From Eimeria praecox (taxonomy: Eukaryota), in contig OY986946.1 in NCBI GenBank assembly GCA_963920595.1, positions 248,001 through 312,000 of the forward strand: a stretch of 64,000 nt of DNA, given 5' to 3'. A program made the translations under genes and the position numbers. Positions within the stretch are counted from its first letter, which is position 1; each line of letters starts with the position of its first letter. The notes under the pieces are model-generated. The model was given only the letters and a program-made list of their open reading frames with translations. It was not told the DNA's origin and ran no database searches. Positions 40,101 to 53,575 of this stretch are shown piece after piece.

Positions 40101-43100
40101 CGCTGCCCTCACCCGCCCATGAACCGTCCAGACATACGGAACCTCACATGCGCCACACCTGGGCTGTGCAACGCTGCTCGGATATCCCTTTACATTGGTC
40201 ACGCAACAGCTGTTAGTGGCAGGGATTCCCCATCAAAAGCTAATCAAAACTCCGGAAAGCACCTCCTTCTGAAGAATACAAAGGGCGTGCGCTGTTATAA
40301 GCTAGGAATCACTCCTTGGTCTTCAGTCTGCACGTTTCTCTGAATGGAAGTGCATAAATGCATACATCTGAGCTGTGATCCCTACCTGCACTCACACACC
40401 CCACACAATACGGTGCAGCTAGAACGACGATTAGCCAAAAATGCATACCCTCAGTATCCCCCAAACGTGCCAGTCCGCATGCTGGCCGCTTCCTTCCGAG
40501 CAATTTCCCAGCTGTCCGTTGCAGTATGCGCATACTTGCTGGGGGATGTGGACGTCAACCCAGCAAATAAAGGGAAAGCGATATCAAACACTGGAGATGT
40601 GTGAAGATGAACAGTGTGAACTGCATGCGCCTTCGGTGAAGGGAACATGCACTCAAACCAGCCTTCGAACGACAAGCAGAGAACACCACCATACAGTGCC
40701 CCAAACTAGAGCCAACCGCCTGCATTATACTCTCCTCGTTCCTTCGTGTTAACCAATAAATGAGCAATGAGATAGAGCTACAGGCTTCGCGCCGTTTTGT
40801 GAGCGTGCCATAAGTATTTAACCAGCTTGCGCTTGCCGCACTGTCAGCCTTGCCCCGCCCTTCTCCATATCCATCCCCTACAAAACAAGTGCCACCTTAC
40901 ACAGCCAGGCGGGCCTTCAATCGTAATGAAGGCTTGACACAAATCACCGCGTAGTTGTCGCTGTTTCCTACTACGTACTGCGCTGGACAAACACTGCCTT
41001 AACAACTCACTAAAACCATTTGCAATATTAGACTCCTAGTAGATATCGACGGCAGACGCGCCCAAACCAGATCGAACTCCCACTTTTCCTCACGCTGCAA
41101 CTACATAATTCTTCACGCGTGCAAATATATATCAACGCCTGCCACCAGCCGGCTAGAAAGCTAGCGGCGCCCATAAACGTGCCAGGCAGAAGTGCTTACT
41201 TCCTGGGTAAAACAGCGAGCGACCATACAGCCAAAGAAGCCGTCTCTACACTGCGCCCTTCAACGCGAGTACGCAAACTGCATAACCCCACGATGCTCAC
41301 GCATGCAGGTACCCCACATATCCACGAAATAATGCGTTTTCTCGTACTAGCGAAGGGGGTTGATTTCACCTGGGCAGCCTGATCAATTCCACCTTCAACA
41401 CCAAATGCAAATTGTGCAGCTGGCTCCAAGGGGCGTTATTGCCGAATTCTGCTGCTTTTGAAGGCCAGCAAACACCTAAAATGCTTAGGCTCTCCGACAA
41501 ACAACGTACGTATAGACAGAAAGCCTGCTTTTTGTCTACCTGTGCTTACTTGGTTGGGTCGCTCTGAATGCTTTGTCGTGGGATGCCTTGTTCAGTCAAA
41601 GACTAGCAATACACTCATAAATTGCAACTTGGCCGAACACAAAGGCATTTAAATAGGGACGCCCAAACAGAATCACCCCTATGCAGTACAGGTTTGGGGT
41701 GCGCATTCCCCTATCCAATAAAGCGCATTCCTTATTTTGCACTTCATATATGCAGACCTACGTCCTGCGTTTATTAAGCATCACAAGCCCCTGATCCAGC
41801 CTAGGGCTCCGCATTTCACCCTGCGACGCAGCATGTCCACATCCACTCCCCCCAAGGTCTTCGATGACGCACCTACGGCACAAGATGCCTCCAACTTCAG
41901 TCTTGATGGCCAAACCATCTAGTCCACACAGCCAATGCAGCTTTCCGTAAACACGCGCCTTGATCAGGCTCGTTACAAAACGGTTGCCTCCAGTGCAGGC
42001 TTGCAGAGGCAGGTGGCCATGCTGTATCCTCAAATACGCATTGCATAATGGTGATTGACCGTCAGCGGGCGTCATCCAAACTAGCGCGCTTACAGGCTAG
42101 GCAAATAACGTCGTTGCAGGAACCAAGTGCCATGCTGCAAGGTTGATATCCCATCAGATCACAGCGCCAACCACAATTCGTGAAATACCGAAATCACGGG
42201 AACGAGTGCCCCAGCGCATCAGCGCTGCGCATGCAGTCTCATTGGCTAGTTGCCCCGACAGCGCGTATTATTCTATATTGAATACTCCAGCAGTGACTGC
42301 ATCTAAGCACTGCGCAGACAAACTAATGCTTGAAACGTATCCTTCGCAAGCGTTTCGGGGCGCTTCAGGCTCCACAATCGCAGGCCTTTCTTCGCTTCTC
42401 TCACGGGCAAAATCAAATCAAAGTTGGTTGGGCAATCACCAGATTAGTGGTGCTGTCAGCTTACAAGCTATCGCAAAAACAAGTGGCAGGCCACTCAGCT
42501 ATCGCTGTAAAATCTACTGTGTGACGGCAGTTCCGCAATCTTAATGAGCCAGCATGAACCCAGTCCAAACCGTGCTCCCGCTGAACTCCGATATGCACCG
42601 GCTCCTTGCCTGCCTCACGGCTACGAACATGCACAGCCTCTTGACCTCCGGTTTCGTAAACCACTATTCGCGCAGTTGAACACAGCTTCGTAAACGAACG
42701 CATGGCTTCCCTTGTTTGGGGGTCCGTTGGTTGGTCAATTTGAACCCGCTGTATATGGGCTGGAACCCTCACGCTTGAGTACGCTTGTGGCCTCTGCGTG
42801 TCGCGCTCAGAATATTGCAGTCAGGCGTGCGCCTCAAGGCTGACCATCTCTATACGTTCTGGCACTTGCACGCTTGCGCAAGGCATGTGTTGTTTCGGTA
42901 ACGTGCACAGATGCTTGACGGTGTACGTAAAAGCCCATTCGCAGTTGCCAGCCGGTGAATAAGCCACCAGAAATACGGCATCCGAGCACGGGCATGCTCT
43001 AACCCATCCAGAAGGGTTCGAAAGGGCCGTCATCGCCCTTCCGACTGTCTTGGTATCCTTATTCAAATTCTCGGCACCTGCCCTGATAGGCTGTAAGGCA

Positions 43101-46100
43101 TTTTTCAAACAAAAGCTCGGCCAGTTGTTGATACGTTTAATAAATCGAAAACGTGAGCGTCACGCTCTTCACGAATGGCGGCACGTCAATCCCTGTCCAA
43201 TAAAGCACTTTCTATATTCTGCCCGCCGTACGTGAGAATCCTCTCCCTGCGCTAACCAGGTACCAGGAGCAACAGACCCTTACTTGGGCTCCGCACTTCG
43301 GCCTACGGCGGTAGCACGTCCACACTCGCTTCGCTCAAGGTCTTCGATGACGACTCGGCAACTCCGGGAGCGTCTACATTTATGATTGATTCATGATGGT
43401 AACCAGAGGGTGTTTTCGTATAGGCACGTGGCTCGACCAAATCAATTATGCTGCAAACTGCTTATCTCCAACGTGGGCTGGGGTAGGCAGTCGGCCATGT
43501 TGAGTCCTTTTACACTTCGCATATGGCTGATCGGCTTCCAGGTGTATCAATGTACGTACAGGCTAGACCAGTGACGTCGCTGGGAGAATAGCTATATTTC
43601 TTGTTGCAAGGTACAGACTGCACGAACACGCAGCATTAAGCATCACTTTTGAAATACTGAAAACAAGGGAGCGAGTGCATTAGGACATCGGCACTGCAGA
43701 TGCAGTTTCTTTGCTAGTGTTCCATATGAGATACTGCAGCGTGTTCAACACGGCACGCATGTTGAACACGTTCAATCGCTGCGCAGAAGCGCTGACAGTC
43801 CATGTGTTGTGGTTTTGAATGGCTTCCGTGCAGCCTCAACCTTCACGACCGTGGACTGGTTTTAAAGTCCCCAGAAGGTATAATTGGTTTCGGTTGGGCA
43901 GCCACGAGGCTACTAGTGGTGCCAGCTTACAGGCTATGACAGAAGCACGTGGCAGCTCATTCCTCTATCATTCCAGCATCTTTTACTGTGTGGCAAAAAC
44001 GTGGCACAACCTTATGAGACTGGCGCAAACGAAGACCAGGCGGCTGGAGAATTAAGGCAAGCATAAGCGCTTTGCTAGCCTCATGGCCACGCCAGTGCAC
44101 AGCACTTTGAACTCCTGTGTCATTAACACTATTTTCAAGCCATGCGGGTTGGAACGCGGCTTGGCATAAGAAAGCAAAATGTATCTATTCCTGTGGGCCG
44201 CTTTGCTCACAGTTAATCTGCTTTCTGCACTTTTTAATCCTACTCTTGAATGCACTTGGGCTCTCTGCTTGGAACGCGAGGAATACTGCAGCCGTATAAG
44301 CCCCCCCAGCAGATTCAGCTGCTTGCCAATTAGTTCGTTAAACAGACGAGCCATCCTTTGCCCGTTGGGAAACTCACCCACTGTAAAACGAAGAACGCAG
44401 GGTACAGGCATCGGAATTTCACTATTTGCAGTTGTTCGAACATCGCCTCTGACAGTTCTGGTCTCTACAAGCTCCAGAGTCCAAAATGCTGTTGCGAAAT
44501 TTTTCTGCATACTGGCTGAAGAGGTAAGTGCATTGTTCATCGGAGATGTACGCATTCCACTGGCAGGTTCAGTTCGGTATGGCTCTGCTGGAATCCCCAT
44601 GAACGAGCACAGGCTGATTCAGAGGATCCCCAGTGTAATCGTTCCCGCCACAACGAATGCCACCCAATCGGCTCAAAAATCTGGAAGAACAAACCTTTCG
44701 AAAGCAGTCCCTCGTATGCAGTGTTTTCTGCTTACACGTCCGTCCGAGCATTATGCCTTGTCTTTGGGCATGCTCTGCAGAGTCCAGCAACTTAACGTAA
44801 CGCAAAAACTATGAAGACCCCCGTAAAGACCAAGGCGTCTAGCCGGGGACCAGGTGCGTGCAAGGTAAACATACAGTCTGGCCCATTCGGGTCTTCAAAA
44901 TGATAGGCGATCTTGGCTGTTCCGACACTTCGAATGCTCATGAAGCTGCGTGGGCTCTGAGAATTGTAGCCACGGCCGCGGCGTTGCTCACAAATGTCAG
45001 AGCCGTTTACATGACGGTACGGCAAAGCATCATTCCTGAGAAATCGGGGACACTGGATCGAATATCCTTGGACACCGGCATTGCAGATGCAGTTTAGCTG
45101 GCTACTTGTCCACTCATGTTGTACTACTCTCAGAAGGATTAGCCACAGCCTTTTGCGTTCAACCGCTGCGGCAAATTGGTGGCGTTTGAAGTGCGTGTTC
45201 TAAACGCTTTCCAACCTGTACTACCACAGGACCTTTACACTATTCAAGCAGGCTCACTTAGACTGGGTTGGGCAGGCAAGAATTTTTGCATGGTGGCGGC
45301 TCACCGTCTATGTCCAAAACGAGTGACTTGTGCCTTTAGTTCACCACTCCAGCGCCAGCCGTACTACAGAGCTAGACCAACCTTATCGGACAGAAACAAA
45401 CACAAGCCAGGCTACCGCCGCACCGCAACGCATGAACGCCGCGCTCCGTTCACGGCAACGCTAATGCAAAGCAGCCAGAGCTCCCCCATAGCTACACACG
45501 GTTCGCAATCCTTGCTTGGCGGAGCACTGAATGGACAGGAAGCAAATAGTGCCTCTCCTTCTGGCATCCTCTCCTCACGCTGAGCATGCCTTCTACGTAT
45601 TGGTACTCTTACACGCGTTTGCATTCTCTGCCCGGCACGCGCAGACTACTGCAGATATACACGTATGCCCCCTCCGTTGCTCCAGTAGCCTGCCAATCAG
45701 TTCAATAGTCCTGATCCATGCACTTCTCCAAAATGCTCCAAAATGGTATAGAGAGGCCAGCTCGAACCCCATATCAAATATTGATGCACAAGGCAACTCG
45801 GCACCCTCTCCCAGAGAACCTTTGCATAACGATGTACAGCTGCAACACCAGCGAACCGCACCAGCTGTAACCCACCGTAAGACACGAGCGCCTGAACGGA
45901 ATCGCTGATTTGTGCCTGACCGACGATCGCCTCTCACATTACCTGTGGAATGTTGGTAAGCATACCATGCCTTTCTGCCCTGCTACAGGTGAAACAACGC
46001 TGATGCATGCGTATAGATATCCTGTTGAAGTACGCCCACCTGCGGTGCTGGCTGATGGCTTCTCCGCAGCGACGAAACGTACTGCTAAAACAAAGTGCGT

Positions 46101-49100
46101 ACTGGCTAAACAGATAGTCGCGAATAGCCGAAACTCATTCCAGCAGGTTGGGTGGTCGAAACATTTGGTGGTTTTTTCAACACACGTAAGCCCAAACCTG
46201 CCTGCTGTGTGGCTGCAAAAAGCATGAATGTGTTGCTTAGTTTAAGGTTATAAAGGTGGAATGCAGACAGAACTCCTGCGTAGTCACACAGTATTGGCAA
46301 TCCCTCCGTAGTGAACCACAGCTTGCTCAGGAGGCATAATGCGTCTCTTCTTCCGGCTTCCTTTGCGGGAAATGAGTATCCATTTCACACGTTGGCACGC
46401 CTAGGTTTGACGTCGCGTCAGGGTTTTCTCCTTTCCAGTCAGTTCTCGCTCCAGCACCTTGCATTAGGAGATCGCGTTGGAATGCTTCAACAGACAGCTG
46501 CGAAAAGAAGCCGGTTTTCCACCAGACTACAAGAAGCATCAAAGCTCTGATTGAGTACAGGGTCACGCCAATGAAAGCCCCTTGAATTCCCTTGTCTCGC
46601 TAAATACGCATAATTGACAATCCATGTGTAGGGGAGCACAGCTTGGTAAGGAGCCGAGTGGCATCTCTTCTTGTGGGTCCATTTGCTCAACATAAATCTG
46701 CTGCCTACGAAACGATACGTTTTCTCTTCAATCCGCCTGTGGTCTCTGAGTGTCACACCAAGGCTACGCTAAGCACATATAAGCACCCAAGCGAATCGTC
46801 GCTCTACGCACTGGCACTCTAAATACGCTTACAATGAGAGTGCTGTTTCTGAGACGCACGTGCCACCTGTCCACTATTGCAGTCATGCCCAGCAGACCAT
46901 TCACCGTTTCCACCCAGTAAATGAGCAGTCTGACCTATGGCAACAGATTAAGGCCAACCCGTGCCTACAGCCCCTGTTGAGGCTTTCGTACGGGAGCATA
47001 TCCGCCGCCTGCTGCCCTTCAGACTGTTTCGCCTCCGTTTACAGATTCGCTGCATCCGTCCTGATTGCTCCGAGGCACTGGCAAGGCAGAATGCGGCCAT
47101 CCACTGATACGCTTAGCACTTGGCTACAGTGAGCATCGCGCTCTAACAGGTTTGACCCTATGCGGGCCTCCCTCTCGAACACAGATTCTGTTTGACGTTG
47201 TGATTCATATATGCGGACCCACGCCCTGCGTTGATTACGCCATGCGAGTACCAGGTTCGACGTAGGACTCAGCTCTTCGGCTTACGGCGACAGCATCTCC
47301 ACATCCGCTCCCCCAACGATTTCCTACCCCTCCTAAACCAACACGATCAGAGGGCTTCCAATTTGGCCTTGGCACGGCAAACTGCCAGAGAAATTTCCCG
47401 AGACAAGCTCACAGACCAACTGTGCTGCAAAGCACCCGTCTTAGCTGCGGTTCGGCGCAGTTGGTCGGTCAGGCTGGGTCTTAAACGCCTCGCATACACT
47501 TTTATTACCTTTTGCATAGTGCTGGTGGACTGTGGCATGAATCAGCCAGATCAGCGGGCGTACAGGCTAAGCAAGTGACTTCGTTGCAGCACCCACAATA
47601 TTCCACACTGCAAGGTGCAAGATGCACCAACCCACAGCAGTACAGCGTCATCCTTGACCTATCGAAATTAAGGGAAGGCATCTACTAAGCTATTGCCGCT
47701 CTCTGCCGATGCAGTATCATCGTCTAGTTGCCCTGCCATTGCATATTTATCTACATGGAATGCTCAGGACAGGCCCCAGAAGATCATGCAGCTCACCTCC
47801 TGTGAGGCACCGCATCTACTGCGTCCCACCATACACCGTAAATGCAACCGCTGGTCTACGCTCCAAAGTACATAGGCAGCTCAAGTCACGGCATAGACAG
47901 CTCACAGCAGAGACCGTACGCACAATCTGTGAAATAGCAAGGTGTGTTCACGGCGTGCTGTAAGTGTCTACTGTTACCCACCATACGCTGTGCATGTACC
48001 GTCTTGCTCTTGCCAGCCTTCTTTTGTGAGAAAGCATAAGTTGCTCAAACCACCGGTGTTCATACTTAGTCGACACGGGCCATCCTGCGCACTTTCTGTG
48101 ATGCACGACACATAATACTGCCATACAGCATATGCCGTGAACGCACACTGTTCTCCTATACAAGCATGCATTCCAAAACCCAGTGGCTAAAATTTGCCGC
48201 TGTTTCATAAAGCAAACGTCGCTCAAACCATCCGCAAGCATAGGCAGGCCGCAGGAACCCTTGAAGCTTGTCTTGTGTGAAACACCGCATCTGCTATCAC
48301 TCACATTACATCGCGAACGCTCTTCTTCCTCCATTTACAAACGCCCATTCCCATATTCAGTGGCCTCAGTCCTGGCCTCTGCTCTAGGACGCAAACCTAG
48401 CACTAGCCACAGGCATGGGGTAGGACACCTCAAACGAGAGGTATGCACAGAGATGTTGCAGCAGGCAGCGATACCCACCTCCTGTTGCAGCCAGTATACA
48501 ATCGCTGCACTCAACCTAGAATTGCGACAAACGTGCCTTCAAGTACGGAATCTACGTCCTGATGCTTCGAATGCAATAGCTAGATTCCGATATGATCCAA
48601 GCATACTCCCCGCCTGCTGTGTCTTCCATGGCGTCGATTTCTATCCTGGCTGATGACTCCTGCCTCAGATTTGAAGTCTGTGCACGCCCGCATCTCGTCG
48701 CATTTTCCTTCAGCCTGCTTGCAAACGGCTACAGGGCAATTCATGGCGGCAGAGCAAATGCGCGGTTTACCCTCCGTAGCGGCGAAGGACTGTTATGGAA
48801 TAAAAGTGTATTCAAATTTTATACGTGCTCAAGCATTCCGTAAGAGGCTTTCGGAGCCATAACGGTGTAGTCAATCCGTATGCCGGGGCACACGTGCATC
48901 TACAATGAGTTGGCCATGCTCAGGGGGCCAAGTGCTTTTGAGTCCCCGTTTCCTTCTACATCCGCCTATGCTTCTCAACACAAAGCTTTATCTGCCTTCA
49001 CACTACCCTCATACGCGAATGCATGCACAACAATGGCTCAAACAGGATGCATTCCCCCAACATATCTCAGCGGTTCTTCACAGCCCTTACTCCAATTATT

Positions 49101-51098
49101 TCAGCACCTCCACTGCTGTCAGTTCAAACGATTCGCGTACTTTCTGGACACCACAGCATGCCCTTATACGAGAAACGATTCATACACCACACCTGCGCAT
49201 GAGCCCACTTGACGTGCATTTGCCTCCCTGCGAAAAGCTTCCAACACACAGAAGCTGCTTGCACCTCCAAAGCCCAACACCGTCCAATGTGGCAAGCGGG
49301 TCAGCCTAGTATTAACTGGTGATGCCAATCCGTGACAGCAAGGAGCGGAAAGCGATCGAATACTCATAGTACACTAACCGCCTATATTCGCGTGAAGACC
49401 AAGCTTTTCGGCAAATGTTGCACCAAGCGGCCACGACCCCTCAAACTGCTTAGTGCACGCTCAGTCAAGCAGGCCCATTAACATTATCCCCCTAAACCAG
49501 ATCACTGTGCGTGCCACTTACGGCCCCGCGACCGTCACAAAAGGATCCTGGCTGCCGTTAATGCCTGGTACCGCGCTATGAGGAGCCTGTGGCACCCACT
49601 TCCTGCAGCAGTTTGTAATGCCAGATTCAGTCCTGCAAATGCCAAAGGATGCGCCGCAGCACGCAGCCTTCTGATCAACAGACAAGCGCACTACCAAGGC
49701 AAAAAAGGATCCCCTTCTGCTTCCGCCATGTGTACGCTCCCTTCCACTAAGACGCATGCACCTGAACACGCAACTGCACTTATCTTCATACTACGGGCAA
49801 GCCACCAGGAACGCAGCGTAATGACTCCGACCAGATGCGTAGCCTAAGCACGTCTCACAGTCGCTGCACGCACGGCGTCCTGCAACCATCAAGCCACAGC
49901 ACACGCACAACTGCTAATACAATCCATGTGCATACTTCCTGGTCCGCACAGCAAACAGTTGCAAGAAAAAGTCATTGTCACGCCGCATCTTGGCAGGACC
50001 TCGCTTACGCTGCTTTCGCTCCCAAAATACGTAACATACACGCCAATCGATTCTGTGTACAGCCCCTGCACACAATTCGCGATTCCCCAAATTCGGTGAC
50101 AGCCATCCCACGAAGATGGTGACTCTGCTGGATATCGATTAATAGCTGCCACTTTTGAGAAGCCGATGATATGCTATAAACAAACAAAGCGTGAGAAAAG
50201 ACACTCACGTGCCGAACACGGGACCATGTACACCGAGGCTCAGGCTGTAGCGTGCACGTGCGGTCCACCTTCGACAGCCGGACAAAGAGCACCGTCGGTT
50301 GTCAACAACGCATATGCTAAATGCATGTAGTGGAGAGCAAAGCATGTAGACTCGTCTCACCAGGCCATGCACCTGCCCATACTATATGTTCTCTTCCTTA
50401 GGCATACACATGTAGAGCGATTCTCCCGACCGAGTCGCTGCCCTCACCCGCCCATGAACCGTCCAGACATACGGAACCTCACATGCGCCACACCTGGGCT
50501 GTGCAACGCTGCTCGGATATCCCTCTACATTGGTCACGCAACAGCTGTTAGTGGCAGGGATTCCCCATCAAAAGCTAATCAAAACTCCGGAAAGCACCTC
50601 CTTCTGAAGAATACAAAGGGCGTGCGCTGTTATAAGCTAGGAATCACTCCTTGGTCTTCAGTCTGCACGTTTCTCTGAATGGAAGTGCATAAATGCATAC
50701 ATCTGAGCTGTGATCCCTACCTGCACTCACACACCCCACGCAATACGGTGCAGCTAGAACGACGATTAGCCAAAAATGCATACCCTCAGTATCCCTCAAA
50801 CGTGTCAGTCCGCATGCTGGCCGCTTCCTTATGAGCAATTTCCCAGCTGTCCGTTACAATATGCGCATACTTTGTGGGGGATGTAGACGTCAGCCCAGCA
50901 AATAAAGGGAAAGCGATATCAAACGCTGGAGATGTGTGAAGATGAACAGTGTGAACTGCATGCGCCTTCGGTGAAGGGAGCATGCACTCAAACCAGCCTT
51001 CGAACGACAAGCAGAGAACACCACCATACAGTGCCCCAAACTAGAGCCAACCGCCTGCATTATACCCTCCTCTTTCCTTTGTGTTAACCAATAAATGA

Positions 51099-51099
<1 letters not shown>

Positions 51100-51167
<68 letters not shown>
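51100..51167. repeat. (TA)34 microsatellite, present only in 10.3-kb unit 4
   Basis: Directly visible, and absent at the equivalent position (~40765) of unit 3. Confidence 0.97.
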
Positions 51168-51172
<5 letters not shown>

Positions 51173-51173
51173 T

Positions 51174-51223
51174 TGGTTGGCGCTGTGATCTGATGATATC
51201 GCATCAGATCACAGCGCCAACCA
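51174..51223. repeat. Perfect 22-bp inverted repeat with a 6-nt loop
   Basis: tggttggcgctgtgatctgatg (51174-51195) pairs with catcagatcacagcgccaacca (51202-51223). Confidence 0.95.
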
Positions 51224-53575
51224 CAATTCGTGAAATACCGAAATCACGGGAACGAACGCCCCAGCGCATCAGCGCTGCGTATGCAGTCTCATTGGCTAGT
51301 TGCCCCGACAGTGCGTATTATTCTATATTGAATACTCCAGCAGTGATTGCATCTAAGCACTGCGCAGACAAGCTAGTGCTTGAAACATATCCCTCGCAAG
51401 CGTTTAGGGGCGCTTCAGGCTCCACAATCGCAGGCCTTTCTTCGCTTCTCTCACGAGCAAAATCAAATCAAAGTTGGTTGGGCAATCACCAGATTAGTGG
51501 TGCTGTCAGCTTACAGGCTATCGCAAAAACAGGTGGCAGGCCACTCAGCTATCGCTGTAAAATCTACTGTGTGACGGCAGTTCCGCAACCTTAATGAGCC
51601 AGCATGAACCCAGTCCAAACCGTGCTCCCGCTGAACTCCGATATGCACCGGCTCCTTGCCTGCCTCACGGCTACGAACATGCACAGCCTCTTGACCTCCG
51701 GTTTCGTAAACCACTATTCGCGCAGTTGAACACAGCTTCGTAAACGAACGCATGACTTCCCTTGTTTGGGGGTCCGTTGGTTGGTCAATTTGAACCCGCT
51801 GTATATGGGCTGGAACCCTCACGCTTGAGTACGCTTGTGGCCTCTGCGTGTCGCGCTCAGAATATTGCAGTCAGGCGTGCGCCTCAAGGCTGACCATCTC
51901 TATACGTTCTGGCACTTGCACGCTTGCGCAAGGCATGTGTTGTTTCGGTAACGTGCACAGATGCTTGACGGTGTACGTAAAAGCCCATTCGCAGTTGCCA
52001 GCCGGTGAATAAGCCACCAGAAATACGGCATCCGAGCACGGGCATGCTCTAACCCATCCAGAAGGGTTCGAAAGGGCCGTCATCGCCCTTCCGACTGTCT
52101 TGGTATCCTTATTCAAATTCTCGGCACCTGCCCTGATAGGCTGTAAGGCATTTTTCAAACAAAAGCTCGGCCAGTTGTTGATACGTTTAATAAATCGAAA
52201 ACGTGAGCGTCACGCTCTTCACGAATGGCGGCACGTCAATCCCTGTCCAATAAAGCACTTTCTATATTCTGCCCGCCGTACGTGAGAATCCTCTCCCTGC
52301 GCTAACCAGGTACCAGGAGCAACAGACCCTTACTTGGGCTCCGCACTTCGGCCTACGGCGGTAGCACGTCCACACTCGCTTCGCTCAAGGTCTTCGATGA
52401 CGACTCGGCAACTCCGGGAGCGTCTACATTTATGATTGATTCATGATGGTAACCAGAGGGTGTTTTCGTATAGGCACGTGGCTCGACCAAATCAATTATG
52501 CTGCAAACTGCTTATCTCCAACGTGGGCTGGGATAGGCAATCGGCCATGTTGAGTCCTTTTACACTTCGCATATGGCTGATCGGCTTCCAGGTGTATCAA
52601 TGTGCGTACAGGCTAGACCAGTGGCGTCGCTGGGAGAATAGCTATATTTCTTGTTGCAAGGTACGGACTGCACGAACTCGCAGCATTAAGCATCACTTTT
52701 GAAATACTGAAAACAAGGGAGCGAGTGCATTAGGACATCGGCACTGCAGATGCAGTTTCTTTGCTAGTGTTCCATATGAGATACTGCAGCGTGTTCAACA
52801 CGGCACGCATGTTGAACACGTTCAATCGCTGCGCAGAAGCGCTGACAGTCCATGTGTTGTGGTTTTGAATGGCTTCCGTGCAGCCTCAACCTTCACGACC
52901 GTGGACTGGTTTTAAAGTCCCCAGAAGGTATAATTGGTTTCGGTTGGGCAGCCACGAGGCTACTAGTGGTGCCAGCTTACAGGCTATGACAGAAGCACGT
53001 GGCAGCTCATTCCTCTATCATTCCAGCATCTTTTACTGTGTGGCAAAAACGTGGCACAACCTTATGAGACTGGCGCAAACGAAGACCAGGCGGCTGGAGA
53101 ATTAAGGCAAGCATAAGCGCTTTGCTAGCCTCATGGCCACGCCAGTGCACAGCACTTTGAACTCCTGTGTCATTAACACTATTTTCAAGCCATGCGGATT
53201 GGAACGCGGCTTGGCATAAGAAAGCAAAATGTATCTATTCCTGTGGGGCCCTTTGCGCACAGTGCGAGCCGGCGAGCGACCATAGGGCCAAAGAGCGCCT
53301 TCCAAACCGCAAGCACAGAAACTGCATACCCCCACGGTGCTAACACGCGCACGGCGCCTAGGTGTCCATCCAAAAAAATGTATGCTCCTGCCAGCGGAAG
53401 GTGTTAGCTCAAATGAACATTTGTGGCACGCTCACGTTGCGCATTAGCCGATCGCAAAACGATTAAACATTGGCGTTAAAACAAAACCCCCAGCCTCACG
53501 TAAAGGTTCGACATGCGGATATCCCTTTCCAATAAAGCACATTTTTGATTTTGCACTTTGTATATGCGGGTCTAC

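Larger units (their letters stand above)
18785..53247. repeat. Tandem array of a ~10.3-kb unit, ~3.4 copies starting at ~18785, ~28797, ~39132 and ~49467
   Basis: ORF-track recurrences at 18836/28848/39183/49518 (offsets 10012, 10335, 10335) and 24186/34523/44858. Unit 1 carries a different ~1.7-kb module at ~22500-24185. Unit 4 has a deletion at ~51100 and ends at ~53247. Confidence 0.97.

Noticed and set aside
18785..53247. 10.3-kb unit as an LTR retrotransposon, rDNA unit or viral insertion
   Set aside because: No gag/pol/RT/integrase or transposase ORFs, no terminal repeats and no rRNA-like conserved sequence were recognised.
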